A stretch of DNA of 64,000 bases from an uncultured Verrucomicrobiae bacterium (GTDB lineage Bacteria; Verrucomicrobiota; Verrucomicrobiia; Limisphaerales; DASXHY01), in contig OY969416.1 in NCBI GenBank assembly GCA_963699145.1, positions 4,254,456 through 4,318,455 of the forward strand. Reading direction: 5' to 3'. The notes under the pieces were generated by a model. The model searched no databases, was not told the origin of the DNA, and saw only the letters and a program-made list of their open reading frames with translations. The stretch's first letter is position 1; each line of letters starts with the position of its first letter. Of this stretch, positions 10,821 to 19,468 are shown piece after piece. The translations under genes and the position numbers were made by a program.

Positions 10821-13154
10821 GTGCATTGGCTTCATACCCTGGATCTAAGCGTGTTTCGTTTCATCAACGGCACGCTGAGCAATTCATTTTTTGACGTGTT
10901 GATGCCGTTTGCGAGCGGCAACAAGTTTTTTTTCCCGGTGCTTGCGGTCGCTGGAATGCTGCTGCTGTGGAAAGGCGGAAAACGCGGCTGGATTTGCATG
11001 CTGATGGCCGCGATGATTTTGTTACCCGGCGATTCCCTGGTCTGCAACACCATCAAACACGCCATCGCGCGGCCCCGCCCATTCGTGGCGCTGGAAAATG
11101 TAAACCAGCCCATGACGCGCGACCAAAATCGTCCCGCTCAGCCCCCGGCGATGGAAACTCCGCAAAACACCTCGCCGGACAACCTTCCCGCCCACAATTC
11201 CATGCCGTCGTCGCACGCGGCGAATTGGTTTGCCGCCACCATGATTTGCTTCGTGTTCTACCGGCGGAGCTGGCGCTTCATGCTGCCGCTGGCCTGCCTC
11301 GTTTCCTTTTCGCGCATCTATAATGGCGTGCATTATCCCAGCGATGTCCTGGCCGGCGCAATTCTCGGCGCGGGCTACGCGGTCGCCGGCCTCTGGGCGA
11401 TTGAAACCCTTTGGCGCAACCTCGGCCAGCGATGGTTTCCGCTCTGGTGGGAACAATTGCCCTCGCTCGTGAATCTTCGCTCGAGCCCTGCGGCTAACCT
11501 TTCCGAAGATGAGGAATTGCCGCCGCTCCCGGATGAAACACGCCCCGCCAAATTGGACGCTCAATGGCTGCGCCTCGGTTATGCCTTCATCGCCCTCTCT
11601 TTGCTGCTGAATCTCGCCTACCTCGCCAGCGGGTTGATCGAATTGAGCGAAGACGAAGCCTACCAATGGGTCTGGTCCAAGCACATGGCGCTCTCGTATT
11701 ACAGCAAACCGCTGCTGATCGCCTGCACGCAATGGCTCGGCACGCACCTTTGGGGCGACACTGCTTTTGGCGTGCGCTTTTTCGCGCCGGTCATCAGCGC
11801 CATCCTCGGCGTCATGTTGTTGCGCTTCTTTGCGCGCGAAGTGAACGCCCGCGCCGGATTTTTTCTCGCGCTGACCGTCACTGCCACGCCGCTGCTGTCG
11901 CTCGGCACCGTCATCATGACCATCGATCCGTTATCGGTTTTATTTTGGACCGCCGCCATGATCACCGGCTGGCAAGCCGCCCGGCCGGGAGGAAAAACCT
12001 CAAGCTGGTTGTGGACCGGCCTGTGGATGGGGCTTGGTTTCCTGAGCAAATACACCGAAGTGTGCCAGCTCGTTTGCTGGATCATCTTCTTCATTCTCTG
12101 GAAACCGGCGCGCGCCCATTTGCGCAAGCCCGGCCCGTATCTCGCCCTCCTGATCAACCTTCTGCTGACCGCCCCGGTGGTGATTTGGAACCAGCAACAT
12201 CACTGGGTCACGATTTCGCACGTGGCGAGCAATGCCGGCGCAAACACACCCTGGCAACCGTCCTGGAGTCACCTGACCGACTTCACGACCTTCATCGGCG
12301 TCGAGACTTTTTTGCTGAACCCGATATTTTTCATCGCCACAGCCTGGGCTTCCATCGCGTTCTGGCGTCGCGGCCGGCACGACCCACGCCTGGTCTATCT
12401 TTTCAGCATGGGCACTCCGCTTTTTCTGGGTTACATGCTGTACAGCTTTCACTCTTCCATTAAGCCGAATTGGATCGCTCCGTCCGTCCTGCCGATGATG
12501 TGCGTGGCGTTGATCTATTGGGACACTCGCTGGCGGCTCGGTGTCCGCGCGCTGAAAGGCTGGCTCGTCGCCGGCCTGGCGCTGGGCGTCGCCATCGTCG
12601 CATTCTTGCATGAACCTGATTTAATCCAACATTTCGCCGGCCGCACCCTGCCGCCCAAGATCGACCCCTCCACGCGCGTGCGGGCGTATAGCGCCATGGC
12701 GGCCGCGGTGGAAACGCAGCGCGAAAAACTGGAGGCCGACGGAAAACCGGTGTTCATCATCGGCGCGCACTACGGCACCGCCGGCCACCTGAGTTTCTAC
12801 ATACCCGAGGCCCGCACCAACGTGACGGACAACCCCATCGTCTATTGCCAGACCAGCGGTGAAGCAAAAAACCAGTTCTATTTCTGGCCCGGCTACGAAG
12901 GCAATCGCACCGGCGACAACGCCATTTACGTGAAGGAAATCGGCATGCCAAAATTGAAAAGCAATTGGCCCATCCTGTGGCTAAAGGGCGCGTCGATAAA
13001 AAAGTTGGTCCGCGAAGAACCGAAACAGGATCCCCCGCCGAAATTCCTCATGCAGGAATTTGAGTCCGTCAAAGAGCTGGGCGTGTTCCCCATCCTTTAT
13101 CGCGGCCGCATCTTTCACTACGTCCAAATGTTTGAGTGCCGAAACCTACATTGA
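10821..13154 (+). CDS. Fusion protein: N-terminal PAP2 lipid phosphatase and C-terminal GT-C glycosyltransferase (GT39/GT83, ArnT/PMT_2-like)
   Basis: PAP2 motifs are KHAIARPRP, MPSSHAAN and SRIYNGVHYPSDV. From ~aa 270 it is a multi-TM GT-C region with EDEAYQWVWSKHMALSYYSKPLL and many TM helices. The start is GTG. Confidence 0.8.
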   Translation: MHWLHTLDLSVFRFINGTLSNSFFDVLMPFASGNKFFFPVLAVAGMLLLWKGGKRGWICMLMAAMILLPGDSLVCNTIKHAIARPRPFVALENVNQPMTRDQNRPAQPPAMETPQNTSPDNLPAHNSMPSSHAANWFAATMICFVFYRRSWRFMLPLACLVSFSRIYNGVHYPSDVLAGAILGAGYAVAGLWAIETLWRNLGQRWFPLWWEQLPSLVNLRSSPAANLSEDEELPPLPDETRPAKLDAQWLRLGYAFIALSLLLNLAYLASGLIELSEDEAYQWVWSKHMALSYYSKPLLIACTQWLGTHLWGDTAFGVRFFAPVISAILGVMLLRFFAREVNARAGFFLALTVTATPLLSLGTVIMTIDPLSVLFWTAAMITGWQAARPGGKTSSWLWTGLWMGLGFLSKYTEVCQLVCWIIFFILWKPARAHLRKPGPYLALLINLLLTAPVVIWNQQHHWVTISHVASNAGANTPWQPSWSHLTDFTTFIGVETFLLNPIFFIATAWASIAFWRRGRHDPRLVYLFSMGTPLFLGYMLYSFHSSIKPNWIAPSVLPMMCVALIYWDTRWRLGVRALKGWLVAGLALGVAIVAFLHEPDLIQHFAGRTLPPKIDPSTRVRAYSAMAAAVETQREKLEADGKPVFIIGAHYGTAGHLSFYIPEARTNVTDNPIVYCQTSGEAKNQFYFWPGYEGNRTGDNAIYVKEIGMPKLKSNWPILWLKGASIKKLVREEPKQDPPPKFLMQEFESVKELGVFPILYRGRIFHYVQMFECRNLH

Positions 13155-14022
13155 ACGCGTTGCCGCCACGGCCGTCTTCCCCGTGCGCGATTACGATCTC
13201 GCCGGCACGCTCGAATCCGGCCAGGCCTTTCGCTGGAATCGCGTGGACGGCGGCTGGAACGGGGTGATTCGCGGCCACTGGGTGCGTTTGCGCGCGGACC
13301 AATTCTCCATCACCGCCCAGGCCGCGCAGCCGGTCACCGATTGGACCTGGCTCACCAATTATTTGCAGCTCGAACTGGACCTCAGCATGGTCGTCGCCAC
13401 TTTTCCGGACGATGAACCCATTCGCGCCGCCGTCAACGCCTGTCGCGGTCTGCGCTTGCTGCGGCAGGACCCGTGGGAATGCCTCGCGTCGTTCATTTTG
13501 TCGTCCACGAAACAAATCGTGCAAATCCGCCAGATCATTTCCGTGCTCTGCGAACGCTTCGGCGAACCCATCCCCGCCGCGCCGCCCTACACGCCCGCAT
13601 TCGGATTTCCGAACGCTGCCCGCCTCGCGCGCGCCAGCGAAGCGGAGCTGCGCGCGTGCAAAATGGGCTTTCGCGCGCCCTATTTGCTCGAAACCGCGCG
13701 AGCCGTTACCGAAGGCCGAATCGACCTCGAGCGTTTGCGCGAGCTTCCTGTCGAAATCGCCCGCGAGGAACTCGTGCAACTGCCCGGCGTCGGCCGCAAA
13801 ATCGCCGATTGCGTGCTGCTCTTCGCGTATGGATTCCAGGCCGCATTTCCGGTCGATGTGTGGGTGATCAAGGCGCTGCAGAAACTTTATTTCCCGCGCC
13901 GCCGCGCCTCGGCCAAACGTCTGCGTCGTTTTTCCGAAACGCACTTCGGCCCCAACGCCGGCTACGCCCAGCAATATTTATTTCACTACATGCGAACCAA
14001 ACACGGAAAATTGCCCCGATGA
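13060..14022 (+). CDS. ogg: 8-oxoguanine DNA glycosylase (OGG1-type, HhH-GPD)
   Basis: LAGTLESGQAFRW..., GLRLLRQDPWECLASFILSS, LPGVGRKIADCVLLFAYGFQAAFPVDVW (HhH-GPD with catalytic K and D) closely parallel OGG1. The start is uncertain: the ATG at 13060 overlaps the upstream gene by 95 nt, and an in-frame GTG near 13183 is an alternative. Confidence 0.85.
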   Translation: MSPSKSWACSPSFIAAASFTTSKCLSAETYIERVAATAVFPVRDYDLAGTLESGQAFRWNRVDGGWNGVIRGHWVRLRADQFSITAQAAQPVTDWTWLTNYLQLELDLSMVVATFPDDEPIRAAVNACRGLRLLRQDPWECLASFILSSTKQIVQIRQIISVLCERFGEPIPAAPPYTPAFGFPNAARLARASEAELRACKMGFRAPYLLETARAVTEGRIDLERLRELPVEIAREELVQLPGVGRKIADCVLLFAYGFQAAFPVDVWVIKALQKLYFPRRRASAKRLRRFSETHFGPNAGYAQQYLFHYMRTKHGKLPR

Positions 14023-14774
14023 AATCCCTGGACGTTCTCTTCACCCCCGCCGATTTCGCCGCGCTGAAAAATCAGAATCTGGATGACACACTCTGCGTGG
14101 TCTTCGACGTGTTCCGCGCCACCAGTTCCATGGTGACCGCCCTTGCCAACGGCGCGGAAGCAATCATTCCCGTCGGCGAAATTCCTGAAGCGCTCGCCCT
14201 CAAACAAAAATCGCCGGGCATGCTGCTCGCCGGCGAACGCGACGGCGTCCGCATTCGCGCCGCGCAAACCGGCGGAACGGATTTCGACCTCGGCAATTCC
14301 CCGCGCGAATTCACGAAAGAAAAAGTCGCCGGCAAAACCATCGTGATAACCACCACCAACGGCACCCGCGCCCTGCGCTCCTGCGCTCACGCAAAAACCG
14401 TTTTAATCGGCTCCTTTTTAAATTTGCAGGCCACCGCGGATTTCATTTCCAAATCAGCGCCGCAAAATCTCCTGCTGATTTGCAGCGGCACCTACGAACA
14501 ATCCGCCTACGAAGACGCTCTCGGCGTCGGCGCCTTGTGCGAACTGCTTTGGAACCAACTTGATCCACTGCACATTTCCGATTCCGCAAAAATGGCGCGA
14601 GAGCTCTACACCGTTGCGAGTGCGAATGTCGAAGCCGCCGCCGCAACCTCCCGCAACGGAACCCGCCTAAGCGGAATCCCCGACCTGCGCGACGACGTCC
14701 CCTTCTGCACGCAGCGCGACATCTTTAATTTCGCCGCCTCGATGCAAACGGACGGGAAAGTCAGGAAAATTTAA
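14019..14774 (+). CDS. 2-phosphosulfolactate phosphatase family protein (ComB-like)
   Basis: MKSLDVLFTPADFAALKNQNLDDTLCVVFDVFRATSSMVTALANGA...ERDG...GNSP matches the ComB family pattern. Its ATG overlaps the ogg stop (ATGA). The long N-terminal extension in ORF 13473..14774 is an out-of-frame overlap with ogg. Confidence 0.8.
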   Translation: MKSLDVLFTPADFAALKNQNLDDTLCVVFDVFRATSSMVTALANGAEAIIPVGEIPEALALKQKSPGMLLAGERDGVRIRAAQTGGTDFDLGNSPREFTKEKVAGKTIVITTTNGTRALRSCAHAKTVLIGSFLNLQATADFISKSAPQNLLLICSGTYEQSAYEDALGVGALCELLWNQLDPLHISDSAKMARELYTVASANVEAAAATSRNGTRLSGIPDLRDDVPFCTQRDIFNFAASMQTDGKVRKI

Positions 14775-14851
14775 ACTCGAGCAGAAGGGCCCGAACGGTT
14801 CTACGTTGGATTGAGTTCCGGATATCCAATCTTCCGATAGCGTGATAAATT

Positions 14852-14885
14852 TCTCCCTTTCCCCGGCGGAGAGGGCGAGCGTAAA
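14852..14885. repeat. Degenerate copy of the CCCTCTCC/GGAGAGGG hairpin repeat family
   Basis: TCTCCCTTTCCCCGGCGGAGAGGGCGAGCG lies in the convergent spacer between comB-like and clpX-like genes. Confidence 0.4.
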
Positions 14886-14903
14886 ACTAATAACCAGTAG
14901 GGC

Positions 14904-16463
14904 TTAACTCTTCCCCCGATAACTCGCCACCACCATATCACTCAGCACCTTATCCGGCGCCTCCACGGCATCCCGATCAATCACGAACTCCTGCGGGCCG
15001 GAATTCTGCGTGATAAGCTTCAAGCCAAATTGAAAATCCTTGAACCGTTTGCCGCACAGATCGCGCACCGACAGCTTCTTCTCCAACGCCTCATTCACCA
15101 GCATCTCCCCCGCCGCTTCCGTGAAACGAATCTTGATCCCATGCAATTCCTGGAACCGATGCGCGAATTCCTCCACCAACTGCCGCGCCACGATATGCTC
15201 CTCGCTCTGCGGATCGGTTAAAATTTTCTTCAACTCCGCCGCCGGATTTCCCACCAACTCCGGCGTGACCACAAAACGTTTCACCGCGGTCGACGGCAAT
15301 TCAAATTTAATCTCGCGAAACACCCGCTCGCACACCGTCATCAAACCGCGCGCGCCCGTTTGCTCGTTGCTCGCGCGCTCTGCGATGCGCCGCAAGCCTT
15401 CATCGGAAAACAGCACTTCAATCCCGTAAGCCGCAAAATCCTGCTCGTATTGCCGTATGATGCTGCCCTCCGAACTTTTCAAAATCTGGAACAGGTCGTC
15501 CGTGTTGAGCGAATGGCAAACGACGCGAACAGGCAGGCGCCCGATAAATTCCGGCTCAAAACCGAATTCAATAAAATCGCGCGTCTGGGCCGCCGTCAGC
15601 ACTTCCTCCGGCGCCTCAACATGCGATTCCTTCGCCGCAAAACCAATCGCCGCCTCGCGCAGGCGTTTCCGAACGATTTTTTCCAAACCATCAAACGCGC
15701 CGCTAACGATGAACAAAATGTGCTTCGTGTTGATCGTGCTCGGCGCCTTCCGCCCGCGTTGGATGTCCATCATCGCCTGGATTTGGCCCGCGATGTCATT
15801 CGGCGAACGAGACGGCACCTCGGTTTCCTCCATCAGCTTGAGCAGGTTCGTCTGCACGCCGCGGCCGCTCACATCGCGCCCGCCGCTGTGGTTCGCCGCG
15901 CCGATTTTGTCGATCTCATCAATATAGATAATGCCATACTGCGCGCGCTGAACATCGCCATCCGCCAACCGCACCAGATCGCGCACCATGTCCTCCACAT
16001 CGCCGCCGACATAACCCGTCTCGGAAAATTTCGTCGCATCCGCCTTCACGAACGGCACGCCGATCAATTCCGCTGCGCTCCGGATCAAATACGTTTTTCC
16101 CACGCCGGTTGGCCCCACCAAAATCACATTCTGCTTCGCGTAATTCGGCGATTCCTTCCCCTCGAGCGCCAGCCGCACGTGGTGATAATGATCGCACAAC
16201 GCCACGCTCAACACTTTTTTCGCCTCGTGCTGCTTGATGACGAAGCGATCGAGATATTCCTTCACCTCACGCGGCGTATGTTGAAATGCAAAATCCTCGT
16301 CCTTGTCCTTGTCCGCGCGCGCCTCCGCGCTGCCACCGGGAACCTCCTCCGCCGGCGTCGGGTTGCCTGGCGCGCCTTTTTGAAAATGTTGCCGCACAAA
16401 ATCTGTCAATTGCCGCTGAAATTCCTCCGGCGACAACGGAGTGTTGGATGCTGAAGCCTTCAT
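14904..16463 (-). CDS. ClpX-family AAA+ ATPase paralog (no N-terminal zinc-binding domain)
   Basis: Likely start is MKASASNTPL (ATG 16463). Walker A GPTGVGKT, pore loop GYVGGD, Walker B IIYIDEIDK, an IGF tripeptide (AAIGFAAKE) and sensor region GARGL are present. There are no CxxC pairs in the N-terminal ~90 aa. A ~110-aa C-terminal extension follows. Confidence 0.8.
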   Translation of the reverse strand: MKASASNTPLSPEEFQRQLTDFVRQHFQKGAPGNPTPAEEVPGGSAEARADKDKDEDFAFQHTPREVKEYLDRFVIKQHEAKKVLSVALCDHYHHVRLALEGKESPNYAKQNVILVGPTGVGKTYLIRSAAELIGVPFVKADATKFSETGYVGGDVEDMVRDLVRLADGDVQRAQYGIIYIDEIDKIGAANHSGGRDVSGRGVQTNLLKLMEETEVPSRSPNDIAGQIQAMMDIQRGRKAPSTINTKHILFIVSGAFDGLEKIVRKRLREAAIGFAAKESHVEAPEEVLTAAQTRDFIEFGFEPEFIGRLPVRVVCHSLNTDDLFQILKSSEGSIIRQYEQDFAAYGIEVLFSDEGLRRIAERASNEQTGARGLMTVCERVFREIKFELPSTAVKRFVVTPELVGNPAAELKKILTDPQSEEHIVARQLVEEFAHRFQELHGIKIRFTEAAGEMLVNEALEKKLSVRDLCGKRFKDFQFGLKLITQNSGPQEFVIDRDAVEAPDKVLSDMVVASYRGKS

Positions 16464-16533
16464 GTTCGACTCATTCAAGGTTATTTCGAATCGTCTTGTC
16501 ACCATAATCCAATTTTGCCATAAGACCAGAGCA

Positions 16534-17142
16534 TTGAGTTCAGAATTTCAACCAGCCGATCCCGCGCGCTTCGCCGCCGCGCTGCGCCGTTTCGATGCGG
16601 AAAATTCGCGCGACCCAAATTTTGAAACCATCGCCGGCGTTGCGCAGCCTCGCGAACTCGTCTACGCGCAATGGCTGACCGATTGGGTGTTGAAACTTTC
16701 TCCGCACGCTTCCGAAGAATTGCGCCTGGCCGCGCGTTGCCAGCATTTGTGCCGCTGGAAAATCCCGCGCGACTCTTACCCCATGACGCGCCCCGGCTAC
16801 CTGAAATGGCGCGCGGACCTGAAACGTTTCCACGCCGAACGCGCCGGCGAAATCCTCCGCGAAGTTGGCTATCCCGATGCGACCATCGCGCGCGTGCAGG
16901 ATTTGAATTTAAAAAAGAATTTCCCCACCGACCCGGAAAGCTGCGTTCTCGAAGACGCCCTCTGCCTCGTTTTTCTCGAGCATCAACTCGCCGATCTCGC
17001 CGCCAAGACCGCCGACGACAAAGTCATCACCGCCTTGCAAAAATCCTGGAAGAAAATGACTCCCGCCGCGCACACCGAAGCCTTGAAACTTTCCTACACC
17101 CCTCGCGAAAAAACGTTAATTGAGGCCGCGCTGAAAGCGTAG
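16534..17142 (+). CDS. DUF4202-family protein
   Basis: FDAENSRDPN...ELVYAQWLTDWVLKLSPHASEELRLAARCQHLCRWKIPR...YLKWRADLKRFHAERAGEIL is typical of DUF4202. The start is uncertain: an in-frame TTG at 16534 is proposed, while the ORF track start at 16441 overlaps the divergent clpX-like start. Confidence 0.7.
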   Translation: MSSEFQPADPARFAAALRRFDAENSRDPNFETIAGVAQPRELVYAQWLTDWVLKLSPHASEELRLAARCQHLCRWKIPRDSYPMTRPGYLKWRADLKRFHAERAGEILREVGYPDATIARVQDLNLKKNFPTDPESCVLEDALCLVFLEHQLADLAAKTADDKVITALQKSWKKMTPAAHTEALKLSYTPREKTLIEAALKA

Positions 17143-17169
17143 TGGCACGGGCGTCTCGCCCGTGCGAAC
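17142..17169. repeat. GC-rich 9-bp stem / TCT triloop hairpin (GTGGCACGGGC family)
   Basis: GTGGCACGGGCG-TCT-CGCCCGTGCGAAC lies immediately after the DUF4202 stop. It is near-identical to the copy at 49047-49075. Confidence 0.6.
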
Positions 17170-17200
17170 ATCACCCGGCAAGCGTTGCCAAATCCACCAG

Positions 17201-18004
17201 CTATACCATCTCAGCTGGTTCTTTCAGATACTGATCCAACCCCTTTTCACACCGCACCCTCCCTGACCGCAGCACCTCCTCCAGCCGCGCTTTGTTCGCG
17301 TCAAAATGCGGACGCGGCATGATCGGATGATCCAAATGAAACACCAGCGCCCGTCCGTAAACGAATTTGCGCCGCCGCCCCAAATTATAAACGCGACTCC
17401 CCAGGTCCGAATCCGCTCCCATCCCGCGGCCCTGATAGGATTCATCAAACCCATTCACCGCCACGACGTCCTCGCGCCAGTAAGCCATGTTGCAACCCAG
17501 AATTCCCCGCTGCCCGCGATCGCGCCGAACAATCGGAAACGGCAGCCTCACGCTTTTCGCCGGGCGCGCGATGCGTCCGCGCAAAGCCCACTGCCACGCT
17601 GAAGTCGAAACGGGATTAAACTCCGCGACAAACGGCTCGCGCACAAAACACCTCCGGCCCTGCACCCAGCAGCCGCGCTCCGCCAACGCGCGATGATCCG
17701 CGATAAATTTCCGGTGCGGCACGCAATCACCATCCAGAAACACAATATATTCCCCCGTTGCCGCCGCCACACACCGGTTCAGAATCGTCGTCTTGAGAAA
17801 TCCCTGGTCCGGCTGCCAAAGATGCTCCACCGGCACGCGCATTTTGGATTTCCATGCCGCAATCAATTCCTGCGTCCCATCCGCCGAGCCATCATCCGCA
17901 ATGAGAATTTGCTCCGGCGAAACCGTCTGCCACGAGAGCGCCCGAAAAATTTTATCGAGCGCGTCCCGCTGATTATAGGCGCAGATGATGAGCGAGAGTT
18001 TCAC
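17201..18004 (-). CDS. Glycosyltransferase family 2
   Basis: LSLIICAYNQRDAL..., ILIADDGSADGT, IVFLDGDCV (DxD). The proposed GTG start at 18004 overlaps the stop of the upstream ATP-grasp gene (GTGA). Confidence 0.85.
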   Translation of the reverse strand: MKLSLIICAYNQRDALDKIFRALSWQTVSPEQILIADDGSADGTQELIAAWKSKMRVPVEHLWQPDQGFLKTTILNRCVAAATGEYIVFLDGDCVPHRKFIADHRALAERGCWVQGRRCFVREPFVAEFNPVSTSAWQWALRGRIARPAKSVRLPFPIVRRDRGQRGILGCNMAYWREDVVAVNGFDESYQGRGMGADSDLGSRVYNLGRRRKFVYGRALVFHLDHPIMPRPHFDANKARLEEVLRSGRVRCEKGLDQYLKEPAEMV

Positions 18005-18960
18005 GGCACTTTGCGGGTTCGCGTGAGCAGATTTTTCCACGGCCGAAATTTCTGCAACGCCCCATTCTCCAGGCGAACCGACGAACCGTTCGGGCTGTCG
18101 ACCGCGTGCAGCGCTGACAAATAAGTCTCCCAAACCAGGTTCATGCTTTTGATGCGGCTCGCCGACGGATGCGCGCTCGGCGGCGCCACATGCGGGTTCG
18201 TGTTGATCTCGTAAACCTGGATTCGCCCCTGATACAATCCAAAATCCGCGCGGCCATATTCGATGCCCGCGATATCAAACACCTTCTTCAAATGCCCCGC
18301 GTAAGGATTCGTTTGCAGCAACGTGAGCTCCTGCTTGTACAGATCCTCCATGTCATCGAACTTCCGGCCGTATTTCACCAACCATACCGTGTCGTGCACG
18401 CTGATGTGCGGCACGATGGCATCGCCGATGCGAAAAGCCGACATTTTGCGAAACAACCCCGGCCGCAACGGCTCCGCGGCGAATTCTACGATCAGCACGT
18501 TTTCGCGCGGCGTGCCGCCAGCGATCGCGGTTGCAACACCCTTTTGCATTTTCTCCCGCGTTTGCAACAACTCACTCAAAGGCGCGCGATGCCCATGAAT
18601 CTTTCGGACAAACACCGGAAACCGCTTCACCGCATCCATTTCATCGACTCGATACGCATTGAAATCGTTGAGCCCCGCCGCGTGCAAAGCCCGCAACAGC
18701 GGATACCGCGTCCGCACCAGCGCCGGATTATTCAGCACGTGCAGGCCGGCATTTTTCATTTGCAGATACAAATGACTCGCGTGCTCGAGATCCCAAAAAC
18801 TCAACCGATCAACATCCGTGAAAATATAAGTCCCGCCGGGCAACGAACGCGCGCGAATCAGCGCATCATAATGAAGGCACCGAACCGTCGGCGCCTTGGC
18901 GGCGCCCTTCACTTCCTTGACGGTGTAACTATGCCCGCGCGAGTGGAGGAATCGAATCAT
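18001..18960 (-). CDS. ATP-grasp-fold protein (possibly TupA-like, sugar/polymer-modifying)
   Basis: The C-terminal GRADFGLYQGRIQVYEINTNP resembles the ATP-grasp Mg/ATP-binding E-x-N segment. The gene is translationally coupled to the GT2 gene. The specific function is not recognisable by eye. Confidence 0.55.
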   Translation of the reverse strand: MIRFLHSRGHSYTVKEVKGAAKAPTVRCLHYDALIRARSLPGGTYIFTDVDRLSFWDLEHASHLYLQMKNAGLHVLNNPALVRTRYPLLRALHAAGLNDFNAYRVDEMDAVKRFPVFVRKIHGHRAPLSELLQTREKMQKGVATAIAGGTPRENVLIVEFAAEPLRPGLFRKMSAFRIGDAIVPHISVHDTVWLVKYGRKFDDMEDLYKQELTLLQTNPYAGHLKKVFDIAGIEYGRADFGLYQGRIQVYEINTNPHVAPPSAHPSASRIKSMNLVWETYLSALHAVDSPNGSSVRLENGALQKFRPWKNLLTRTRKVP

Positions 18961-19053
18961 GCGAGGCGACCAATCATCGAATTAAAGTTCCCCTGTCCTT
19001 TGGCGCGGGATCGAGTCGAATAGCGCACAAGCTTATAAAAACGCGATACAGTT

Positions 19054-19095
19054 CACCCTCTCCCTGAGGGAGAGGGCTGGGGTGAGGGGGAAGGA
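19054..19095. repeat. CCCTCTCC/GGAGAGGG hairpin repeat with GGGGTGAGGG tail
   Basis: CA-CCCTCTCCC-TGA-GGGAGAGGG-CTGGGGTGAGGGGGAAGG has a perfect 9-bp stem. It sits in the divergent spacer between the ATP-grasp gene and the small ORF. Confidence 0.6.
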
Positions 19096-19200
19096 GATGT
19101 CGCAAATTCATTCCATCCGGAGATTTGTTTGGGCAATCACGCTAATAATGGTTATAACGCGCGCTTGACAACCTGCGCCGGATAATAGAAAAGATGGCTC

Positions 19201-19362
19201 ATGAAATCCACAAATAAGCGCATCCAGTTGGATTGGGCCAAACTAATGGGCTTCAACCAGGTCACGACGGCTCAAACCGCGGAGGACAAGAAGGCCTTCC
19301 GGGCTGCCCTCGGCGCGAAAATCGGAGGCAAAGTCGGAACCAAAGGCGGCGGCGTGGCATAA
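19201..19362 (+). CDS. Unannotated 53-aa ORF (candidate precursor-like peptide)
   Basis: Own translation: MKSTNKRIQLDWAKLMGFNQVTTAQTAEDKKAFRAALGAKIGGKVGTKGGGVA*. It is below the ORF-track size cutoff. It is on the same strand as the HExxH protein gene and 106 nt upstream of it. It has a Gly/Lys-rich C-terminus and no obvious SD sequence. Confidence 0.35.
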   Translation: MKSTNKRIQLDWAKLMGFNQVTTAQTAEDKKAFRAALGAKIGGKVGTKGGGVA

Positions 19363-19468
19363 GCGGCCCTGTCGACCAACGTCTCAAGCCGAATTAAAAC
19401 CGACTATTTGGTTTTAACCGGTTACGTTCCCTCCACTCCAGTCACGAGCTCGCGGCTGGAAAAATACC

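Noticed and set aside
10647-10835. 62-aa minus-strand ORF across the pyrH / PAP2-GT spacer.
   Set aside because: It is composed largely of the heptamer-repeat hairpin arms (…LRVTCYVLREF…VIRNTHYV…). It is better explained as a structured repeat than as coding sequence.
13473-14018. Long N-terminal extension of the ComB-like ORF (ORF 13473..14774, 433 aa).
   Set aside because: The extension overlaps ogg in another frame and translates to Arg/Pro-rich sequence. The family-typical N-terminus MKSLDVLFTPADF starts at 14019 with an ATGA overlap to the ogg stop.
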